Source: Candidatus Multivoradales bacterium (GTDB lineage Bacteria; Acidobacteriota; Thermoanaerobaculia; Multivoradales; JAHEKO01). From it: a stretch of 64,000 nt of DNA. The translations under genes and the position numbers were made by a program. The notes beneath the pieces were generated by a model, which saw nothing but the letters and a program-made list of their open reading frames with translations, was not told the DNA's origin and made no database searches. Positions 9,019 to 16,831 of this stretch are shown piece by piece; position 1 is the first letter of the stretch; each line of letters opens with the position of its first letter. The stretch covers positions 736,001-800,000 of the forward strand of contig CBDCVR010000014.1 in the NCBI GenBank assembly GCA_965223155.1. The letters run 5' to 3'.

Positions 9019-12000
9019 GGGTCACATTTCAGCTCAAGAGCTGTCTGCGGTTGCCGGAAACCGATATGTAAGTGATGGTGGTGCTGGTCGTTCTCGTATT
9101 TGTAGACGCCGTCTGGAAAGATTGGACAGATGTCTTTGAGTCTGCTGCGGTCGTCGACGATGACCTTTCTTATCAAGCCGCCTGGTGAGTTCTTCTGGAG
9201 GAGGGTCAGGAATAGGCAGGTTGCCTCCGGGTCGAACACCTGATCAGCGTATCGCCAGTCGAACGAAAAACTCTTCTCGTTCGTGTTCTTGAAGTACCTC
9301 ATGTCAATGTCCAGTCCATTCTGGTGGTCGAAGTGGGGGGGGGCCGAACCTCCACGTATCTTGCTAAGGTCGTTGAACATCGGCCGAATCTCACCGACGA
9401 AGTCCGTATCAGTGGGGACCGTTGGGTTGTCGAAGCCCTCGGCGGTGGCCGTGATCCATTTGATAACTGACCACGCACAGCTGTAGTCCTCTTCTTCCCA
9501 GCCGCCGTAGCGACCCCAGTGCTCGCTGGTGCCGAGTGCTGAGGAATTCACCAGGCATCCATTGCTACGGGTGCCGATGTGGTGGCAGGCGGTGCAGGAG
9601 CCGCTGACATGGGGACCGAGGTCCACTCCCGTGTCGAAGGGCGAGAACCCCGTGCCGGAGGCGCTGGCGAAAAGCCGCGTTTCGGTACTTCCGCCGGCAC
9701 AGCCACATCTTTGGGGCAACTGCACCTGGACCGTGCGGCGTCCGGTACGCGGGGGCCACTCGGGATCGCCCTCGATGATGGTCACGTCGACGACTCGGAC
9801 GCATTCGTCTTCGGTCCCAACCGACAAGGCATTCAGCTCGCCACTGGGCTCGGTTTCGTTTTCAAACGTTGGCCCTTCGAAGCCATAGCACCAGAGACCC
9901 GAAATCGACCAGCCTCTTACTAGCGGTATCGTTCCCCGGGTTTCGTAGTTGGCGCAGATCTCGAGATCGATCGCAAACTCGAAGACATTGTCACTGTTGA
10001 ACGGATCGATTAGAACGCAGCCTACGAGAGACCCTTCGATCTCGAGTCGTGCAATGACGTGAAGTACATTGAGTTCGAGGAACTTCTCGGCCCCGGGTAG
10101 CAGACTGACGACTTCCGACGGCGCCATGTCCGCAAGCGACTCCAGGTCCTTCCATAGAGTCTGGGACTCGTCAAAGTCCAAGATGTTGTATCGGTAGTTC
10201 TTGGAGTAGCAGCCACTCAAGATACTTCCGGTAGGGAGCGTGACGTCCGGCTGGAGCAATGTCTCCGTAGGTCTTGGGGCCTGAAGCCGAACGCCTGTGC
10301 CGCCGATGAGCGTCTCGGCGACCGATGCCGTTGCCGTACTGCCACCTACCGTCAGCGGCAGCCGAACGCTGCCTTCGGAAGTGGTCACAACCAGTTCGGA
10401 GGCTCCCAAAGATGCTCCGTGGGTAACAGCAAGCGTTGCAAGGACCCCGTTCGGAGCGGTTCTGACGCTGTGAAACCGAAGGCCGCTCCCGCTCACCGAA
10501 AGCGTTGCACCCGAGAGATTCGCGCCGGCGATCTGAAGGAGGTACTGTCGGCCGCGCGCCACTTCACTGGGCGTGTACGAGTCAACCACAGGTCCCTTTG
10601 GAAGGATTCTCACGAGAGCGAAGTCGATACCTCCGTCGGTTGCGACAGCGAGGGCCTTGAAGCCGACGTCTGCGGACCGTGCGTCGATATCTAAGGTCAG
10701 CTGACTCGCAGAAGAAGAAACCGACGCCACCGAGGGCAGCCCTTTGTTGGCACCACCCGGGAGCCCGAACGAGACATCGGCACCTTGGAGATTTCCACCG
10801 GACAGGGTCGTCCGGGTAACCGCACCTTGGGGCACGACGATCAAAGCATCTGTCAGAGTTGGTGATCCGGCAGTCGGATTCGTGACTTGGATTGCGGAAG
10901 CGTCGAGCTCGCCAAAGCGGGTCCCGCTCGTAGTTTCCATTTGCCAACGGACAGAGTAGTAGCCAGGGACCGCTGAGCCGGGGATCGTGACCTCGAAGAC
11001 GAACGAGTGCGAGCCAGATTCGTCGATCTGTGCACCTGCCGGCAGCTCCACGCTCGCCGGAAAAAAGTCGAGGTCGGTGTCGACGGCCAGCCGATGGGTG
11101 CCGGCCTGCCAAGTCGAGGTACCGTTGTTGGCAACACTTACTGAGATCGTATGGGTCGAACCGAGTGCCATCGGAGACGGAACGTTGGCCGAGACGATGT
11201 CGGCGTCGTTGGCTCCCGTCTGGCAGGTCACCTCGATGGGATGAGAGACGACGCCGCCGAACCAGGCGACGCCCTCGTTGACCATCTGCCACTCCGTCCC
11301 ATAGCTTCCGGGCTGCGACGGCGCGGTCAAGGCGACCGAGAACGAATGCTGGGATTGCGGGGCGATCGAGGCGCTTGTGGGCAGCTGAACCCGAGTCGCA
11401 TCGGCCCGGAACGGGTCGCTTCCTCCCGTCGGGCCTAGTTTGTAGCCGTCCGCCCGTGTCCAGACCGTGTCGCCCGTGTTCTTCATCGTGACGGCATAGG
11501 TCCCCACTTCGCCACAGGCCATCTGCGACGGCAAGTTGTGACCAACAGCCTGGGCAGCGTCTTGACAGGTCACGGTGATGGTCTTCGAGACCTTCTCGCC
11601 GAACCACTGCCCGTTCTCGACCATCTGCCACTCAGTGGTGAGAGTCGTTGCCGTCTCGGGCGCTACCAGCGAGACGTCGAAGGTGTGGGAGTCGTTCTCT
11701 TCGATCGCGAGGCTCGCCGGCAGGTGGACCCGGGCGCCGCTCGGGTTGAAGGGATCGGTATCCCCGGGAACCCCCAGTTGATGACCGCCGGCAGCGGTCC
11801 AGGGCTTCGAGCCGCCGTTGCGAAGCGTTATCTCACGAACCAGGGTCGAGCCGCAGGTCATGGAATCGGGCAGGGTGTCCGAGACCCGGGTGGCAGCGTT
11901 GACGCAATCAACGTCGATCCTGGCAGTCACGAGCGGGCCAAAAGGCTCGCCGTTGTGCTCCATCTGCCAGAGGGTCATGACGTCGTTCTGGTGGGTGTCG

Positions 12001-12752
12001 CTCGGGGCCTGGAGGGGAACCTTGAAAGGGTACTGGCCTCCGCCGCGACCGACCGTGACATTGCTCGGCAAGCGCACCGGAGCGCCGGACGGGTTGAACG
12101 CGTCGCTCGTGCCCACGTTGGCGAGATAGAACCCAGCCGCGTCGGTCCAGTCGGTCGAGCCCATGTTCTGGAGCGTCACCGTGGCTTCGTCTTCCGAAGA
12201 GCAGTTCATCGCCGCCGGGAACACCTCGGCGGCGAGGACCGCGTGATCCCCACAGACGACGTTGATGTCCTTGAAGACGATCGAACCGAACCATTCGACC
12301 CCCTGCTCGGCCATCTGCCACTCCGTGCGCACGACGCCGTGGACGTCCGGGGCGGTCAACTCGACGGTGAACGTGTGCCGCTGTCCCGGAGCGATGGTCG
12401 TGCCTACGGGGAGCCGGACCTTGTTGCCGTTCGGCCGAAACGGATCGTCGTTGTCCGTGACCCCGAGCCGGTGCCCGTTCGTACCGTCCTCGGTCCAGTC
12501 GCCCGTACCGACGTTCTCGAGCCGAATCGTGAACGACTCGGTGTCGCCGCAGTACATCGCGTCCGGCAGGTTCTGCGAGACGACAAGAGCATCATTGACG
12601 TCGGCGCCGACCGGCGGATCCTCTGGCCCCGGGTCGGGCTCCTGGGCGGTGGCGACCGCGGCTGCCGCGAGCACGGCTGCGCAGGCTCGCCCGATTCTTC
12701 GGTATCGGCGGGAGGGGCTAGCCTTCTGTCGTCCCATCCCAACCCACTCCAT
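9015..12752 (-). CDS. gene A1: secreted protein, 5 NBR1-Ig-like repeats + 2 IPT/TIG-like + C-terminal MepA-like (M74/LAS) murein endopeptidase; putative polymorphic toxin
   Basis: Repeats NxGxxxWT...F...LxAP...WQM...FG; C-terminal IGTRSNGCL, NDLSKIRGG, HFDHQNGLDID, HHHHLHIGF. True start may be ATG 12737. Confidence 0.8.
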   Translation of the reverse strand: MEWVGMGRQKASPSRRYRRIGRACAAVLAAAAVATAQEPDPGPEDPPVGADVNDALVVSQNLPDAMYCGDTESFTIRLENVGTGDWTEDGTNGHRLGVTDNDDPFRPNGNKVRLPVGTTIAPGQRHTFTVELTAPDVHGVVRTEWQMAEQGVEWFGSIVFKDINVVCGDHAVLAAEVFPAAMNCSSEDEATVTLQNMGSTDWTDAAGFYLANVGTSDAFNPSGAPVRLPSNVTVGRGGGQYPFKVPLQAPSDTHQNDVMTLWQMEHNGEPFGPLVTARIDVDCVNAATRVSDTLPDSMTCGSTLVREITLRNGGSKPWTAAGGHQLGVPGDTDPFNPSGARVHLPASLAIEENDSHTFDVSLVAPETATTLTTEWQMVENGQWFGEKVSKTITVTCQDAAQAVGHNLPSQMACGEVGTYAVTMKNTGDTVWTRADGYKLGPTGGSDPFRADATRVQLPTSASIAPQSQHSFSVALTAPSQPGSYGTEWQMVNEGVAWFGGVVSHPIEVTCQTGANDADIVSANVPSPMALGSTHTISVSVANNGTSTWQAGTHRLAVDTDLDFFPASVELPAGAQIDESGSHSFVFEVTIPGSAVPGYYSVRWQMETTSGTRFGELDASAIQVTNPTAGSPTLTDALIVVPQGAVTRTTLSGGNLQGADVSFGLPGGANKGLPSVASVSSSASQLTLDIDARSADVGFKALAVATDGGIDFALVRILPKGPVVDSYTPSEVARGRQYLLQIAGANLSGATLSVSGSGLRFHSVRTAPNGVLATLAVTHGASLGASELVVTTSEGSVRLPLTVGGSTATASVAETLIGGTGVRLQAPRPTETLLQPDVTLPTGSILSGCYSKNYRYNILDFDESQTLWKDLESLADMAPSEVVSLLPGAEKFLELNVLHVIARLEIEGSLVGCVLIDPFNSDNVFEFAIDLEICANYETRGTIPLVRGWSISGLWCYGFEGPTFENETEPSGELNALSVGTEDECVRVVDVTIIEGDPEWPPRTGRRTVQVQLPQRCGCAGGSTETRLFASASGTGFSPFDTGVDLGPHVSGSCTACHHIGTRSNGCLVNSSALGTSEHWGRYGGWEEEDYSCAWSVIKWITATAEGFDNPTVPTDTDFVGEIRPMFNDLSKIRGGSAPPHFDHQNGLDIDMRYFKNTNEKSFSFDWRYADQVFDPEATCLFLTLLQKNSPGGLIRKVIVDDRSRLKDICPIFPDGVYKYENDQHHHHLHIGFRQPQTALELKCDP

Positions 12753-12868
12753 CGTTGGTCACGGGCTGGAATGCGTTGGCGGACGACGACTCGCGGCTCA
12801 GAAAGCCCTGAGAGCGACGGGCTCGCGCCGCCGGAGAACCGACACAACCATTACCAACCACGGAACAC

Positions 12869-12897
12869 AGGGTAGTGGCAACCGTTGTGATTCGCAA
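12869..12897 (-). promoter_or_regulatory. putative sigma70-type promoter of A1-B1 operon (TTGCGA-N17-TACCCT)
   Basis: Minus strand TTGCGA atcacaacggttgccac TACCCT. Boxes and 17-nt spacing are kept in all three copies while the spacer sequence differs in copy 3. Confidence 0.55.
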
Positions 12898-13040
12898 GTC
12901 AATTTCAAGGCGAAGCCCCAAACGGCCCGACATCCTGAAGCCGAATCGGATGGGGTGAAGACAGGTCGAGCCCGAAACGGCGGCCCTTCCTAGCGCCGTA
13001 TTCGACCGGCGGCGGCCGGGCCGCCCGAGCATCGCAAGCG

Positions 13041-13922
13041 GTGGACCTCTTGCTGGGCCGCGTCGAAAGCCGACCGGACGCCGTTTTGCAGCTCGGGCTC
13101 GCCCAGTATCAGAGCGGCGACCTGGACGGGGCGCTGGCTACCCTCGAGCCGGCCGCGGCGGCGCTGCTGGCTCGCCTCCAAGCCGGTCAGCCCGCCGGCG
13201 AATACCCCACGGCTCTCCTCATCGAGTACGGCCGCTTCCTGGTTCTGGGCGGCCGCCATGCCGAAGCGCTCCCCTATCTCGAGACCGCTACCAAGGTGGT
13301 CCCGGACAGGAAGCAGGGCTGGCAGCAGCTAGGTCAAGCCCTGGCCGCGGTCGGCCGCCGGGACGAGGCGCGAGCCGCCCTCGACCAGTTCCAGAGCATC
13401 GTCCAGAACGAGGTTCCCGGATCGCTACGCAACATCCGGCTCAAGGGCGGCTTTGAAGATCCCGTCGATCGCGAGCTCCGCCGCGCGTACCTGCTCATGC
13501 TCCAGGATCAAGGCGCCGAAGCGCTCGAGATCGTGCAACGGGAGGCTCGCCTGGCGCCCGAGGATCCCCGACCCCGCTTGCTCGAAGCCCGCATCTATCT
13601 CGCCCAAGAGGACTTCGACGCCGCGGCGGCCGCCGCCGAGGCTCTCGTCGCTGGACTTCCGGGTAACGCAGACGCCCTCTACATCCGCGGCACCACGCGC
13701 ATGGCGCGGCAGGACATGGAGGGCGCCGAGAGCGACCTGCGCAACGCCCTCGAGCTCCATCCCGAGCACACCGCCGCCCTCAACGACCTGGCCGTCCTGC
13801 TCATGGACACCGACCGGGGCCAGGAAGCTCGCGGCCTCCTGGAACGAGCGCTCGAGATCCGTCCCGACGACACCCTCGCGCGCGAGAACCTGAACAAGCT
13901 CGACGCCGGCGGCTCGGGCTAG
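13041..13922 (+). pseudogene. 5'-truncated duplicate of the TPR gene (C-terminal 293 aa); frame intact, no signal peptide
   Basis: Matches the C-terminal half of 3977..5671 with scattered substitutions (TQV>TKV, QNI>QSI, NDP>EDP) and many synonymous changes. The GTG start is an internal Val codon of the parent gene. Confidence 0.7.
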
Positions 13923-16831
13923 GGCAGCGGGGCTTCGAGTTCGATCCAGTTGATCTCGGCGCGCCGGTTGCTCTCGTTCCAGAGCTCATTGAACTTGACG
14001 ATCCGAACGCGCACGTCCGAGTAGTCAGTCAAGCCCGAGGCCACCGAGGCCGGGATCGCAACCCGCACCGTCGACTCCTCGAAGTCGAGATCGCGGCCCC
14101 AGTACTTGAGGGTCGTACCGCCCTGGAGCAGCATGATCCGAATCCGGACCGGCTCGTTATCGAGCGCCCGGCCGCGGACCCGAAGGACATGGCCTTCGTC
14201 GGTCCCGGGATCCGTCATCGAGGCCATCGCAAGGGTGAATGAGTCCGAGGTGCCGGCCGAGACCGAGGAGGTGACGACGTTCGTCAGATCATCGACCTGC
14301 TCGTGAACGGGTGTCGGCGAGAAGGAGTTGGTCGCGGTCGTACCGACAGCGGCCACCCGCTGGACCGGAGCGGAAACCTCGGGAACCCGAAACTCGACCT
14401 CTACGAGCTCGGCCCGGCGGTCCGAGTTGTTGCCCGAGATCTCATGGAACTTGACCACCTTGATCTGGACGTCGCCGTAGTCTTCGAGATTCGTGGCGGC
14501 TTCGGGAGGTATGGCGACTACCGCGACCGACTCCTCGAAGCCGAACTCCAGGTTCTGGTAGGTCAGCGAGGTGCTTCCCCGCATCAGGTGCACGCGCAAG
14601 GTCACCGGGGCGTTGTCGAGCGCCCGGGCCCGGACGTGGATCTCGTGCCCGAGATCGGTATCCGGGTCGCTCATCGGGGCCATGCGGACCGTCAGAGCGT
14701 CGCTCAGGCTGGTGCCGGCGGTCATGCGGGAGGTCACCACGGTGGTGGGATCGTCGAGCTGGTCATGGACCGGCTCCGAGGAGATCCAGTTCGAGCTCAG
14801 GGTCTCGACCGGATAAGCGCGCCAAGACTCGAAGTCGAGGGCCGCCGGATCCGACAGGGCTTGTCCGTAGTCGCTCGAAGCCAGGCACCGGTAGGTGCCC
14901 GCGCTCGAGGCGTCGACGTTCCGAATCGTAACCTGGGCAGTCGCGGCGCCTTCGATGCTGGCATCATCGGCCAGATCCGCGCCGTCTTTCTGCCACTGAT
15001 ACGAGAGGGTGCCATCGCCCGTTGCCGCGCACGAGAAGCTCGCCTCTCCGCCGGCGATCGCCGTCGCCGGGGCCGGCTGGCTCGTCACCTGCGGCGGGTT
15101 TCCGATAACGAGACTCGCCGAGGCCGACACGGCCTCGCCAAAGCCGTTCGCCACCCGGCAGGCATACCCGCCGGCATCGGACGCGACCAGACTCGAAACC
15201 GTCACGCTCGGAGTCGCTGAGCCCGTCACCCGGGCTCCATCCACGAGCTCGACACCGTTCCGCAGCCATTGGTAGGCGAGTGGCTCTGTCCCCGAGGCCG
15301 AGCAGGAAAACGTGGCGTTGGCGCCGATCGCGGACTCCACCGACGCCGGTTCGCCGGCGATCGCCGGAGGGTCGCCGACGGTCAGTTGCGCTGGGACCGA
15401 CTCCGCGGAGCCCCAGTCGTTGCTTACGTGGCACCGATAGCTGCCCGAGTGATCCGCGGCGACGGCCGCGAACTGAAGAGACGGAGAGGCGGTGCCCGAC
15501 AGAGTCGCGGTGTCCGAAAGCGCGGCATCGTCTTTCGTCCAGGTGAAGGCTAGCGGTCCGGTGCCCGTGGCGGTGCAAGCGAGAGTGAAGCTGGAACCGG
15601 TGGCGACTGAAGCTGCGGCCGGGCCGGCCGTAATCGACGGCGCACTACCCACCCGAACGAGTGCCGGATTCGAGGTGATGATCCCCCACTCGTTGGACAC
15701 GCCACACACGTACTCTCCGGCGTCTTCGCTCTGGACGGACTGGATGGTCAAGGTCGCCGTCGCGGTGCCCTGGAGCGTTGCTCCCGTGCCAGACGGGCCG
15801 TCCTCGAGGGCGACGCCGTCCTTGACCCAGTGATAGGTCAACGGCTCGCCGCCGGAAGCCGAGCAGGACAGGAGCCCCGTGGACCCTACGACCGCGTTGA
15901 TGGACGCCGGGTGGGTGACGATCTCGGGGTGCTTCTCGAAGCGCTCGATGCGTCCCAAGGCGGAGGAGGCTTGGGCGCGGACCTCTCCGATAGAGCTGCT
16001 TGCGATCAGGTCTCGCAGAGCCGCCTTGGTCTCCTCGTCGGCGATGCCGATGTCTCCAAGGGCTTGCGCCGCCCTGATCCGATGGCTGCTCTCAGGGTCG
16101 CTGAGCTCGGCGCGGAGAGCGTCGAGGACCTCCTGCGGTGGTTCGGGTACCGGGCCTTCGAGCGACGGCCTCCGGAACATCTGGCCCAGGGCGGTAACCG
16201 CCGCGTAGTCGGTCCGATCGTCGGCGCAGCGCAGGACGAGCTCGCCGACGACCAGTGCGTCCCGAGGCCGGATCGCCGCCAGGGCGAGGGCGGCCGGCTT
16301 CAAGACGGATTCGTCCGTCTCGATTTCGAGAACGGCCGCGATCGGCGCAAACGCGTCGACGGAAAGACCCGGCCAGTTCGCGAGGGCATAGAACAGGGTC
16401 TCTCTAACGCCAGCATCCGGGTCCGACAGGTAAGCGGTTACGTCCTCAAGATGCGAGTCAAGCTTCACCAGATTGGAAGGAGCATGCGTTGCCTGCATCT
16501 CACTGGCGCCGTAGAACACCGGACCCTTGTTCAGCATGATGGCCTTGTAGAAACCATGGGCGGCGGCGCCTCTGACGGCCGGATCCGGATCCTCCATCAG
16601 AGACGCGACGAGCGTCCAGGTTTCTTCATAGTGGTCCAGCCAGTAGGCGAAGATCTCCTCGTCCATGGCAGCCAGGCCGGCTAGGCGCGTCTCAGGATCG
16701 TCGGAAGCAAACGCGATCGCGATCGTCTCAACGAGATCGGTGGCCGAGCCCCAAACTGGGTTGCACGTCAGGCTAGCCACAATGATGGATCCGACCGCGA
16801 GGACTCGAGTCACCGAAAGGCGGACGGTCAT
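13919..16831 (-). CDS. gene B2: secreted protein, HEAT-repeat N-terminus + 4 Ig domains + duplicated C-terminal domain; putative cognate immunity/partner
   Basis: Start ATG 16831 (ATGA overlap with A2 stop) or 16840; signal peptide; HEAT motifs DPDPAVRGAAA, DPDAGVRETL, DPESSHRIRAAQALG, EVRAQASSALG; C-terminal part shared with B1/B3. Confidence 0.8.
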   Translation of the reverse strand: MTVRLSVTRVLAVGSIIVASLTCNPVWGSATDLVETIAIAFASDDPETRLAGLAAMDEEIFAYWLDHYEETWTLVASLMEDPDPAVRGAAAHGFYKAIMLNKGPVFYGASEMQATHAPSNLVKLDSHLEDVTAYLSDPDAGVRETLFYALANWPGLSVDAFAPIAAVLEIETDESVLKPAALALAAIRPRDALVVGELVLRCADDRTDYAAVTALGQMFRRPSLEGPVPEPPQEVLDALRAELSDPESSHRIRAAQALGDIGIADEETKAALRDLIASSSIGEVRAQASSALGRIERFEKHPEIVTHPASINAVVGSTGLLSCSASGGEPLTYHWVKDGVALEDGPSGTGATLQGTATATLTIQSVQSEDAGEYVCGVSNEWGIITSNPALVRVGSAPSITAGPAAASVATGSSFTLACTATGTGPLAFTWTKDDAALSDTATLSGTASPSLQFAAVAADHSGSYRCHVSNDWGSAESVPAQLTVGDPPAIAGEPASVESAIGANATFSCSASGTEPLAYQWLRNGVELVDGARVTGSATPSVTVSSLVASDAGGYACRVANGFGEAVSASASLVIGNPPQVTSQPAPATAIAGGEASFSCAATGDGTLSYQWQKDGADLADDASIEGAATAQVTIRNVDASSAGTYRCLASSDYGQALSDPAALDFESWRAYPVETLSSNWISSEPVHDQLDDPTTVVTSRMTAGTSLSDALTVRMAPMSDPDTDLGHEIHVRARALDNAPVTLRVHLMRGSTSLTYQNLEFGFEESVAVVAIPPEAATNLEDYGDVQIKVVKFHEISGNNSDRRAELVEVEFRVPEVSAPVQRVAAVGTTATNSFSPTPVHEQVDDLTNVVTSSVSAGTSDSFTLAMASMTDPGTDEGHVLRVRGRALDNEPVRIRIMLLQGGTTLKYWGRDLDFEESTVRVAIPASVASGLTDYSDVRVRIVKFNELWNESNRRAEINWIELEAPLP

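Larger units (their letters stand above)
4775..12903. repeat. tandem ~8 kb unit, copy 1 (TPR 3' half + gene B + gene A + promoter)
   Basis: Homologous to 13026-20917 and 21040-29203. Homology begins at TPR codons RASQAVDLL and ends at gcaagtcaat just upstream of the gene A promoter. Confidence 0.9.

Noticed and set aside
9579-9600. CTACH(H) resembles a CxxCH c-type heme-binding motif in A1 and A3
   Set aside because: It sits at the linker/tip boundary, A2 has CATSC without His at the same place, and there is no cytochrome context. More likely structural cysteines.
12690-12752. SRRYRR in the A signal peptide as a Tat motif
   Set aside because: It lacks the S/T-R-R-x-F-L consensus and looks like a basic n-region of a Sec signal ending ATA-Q.
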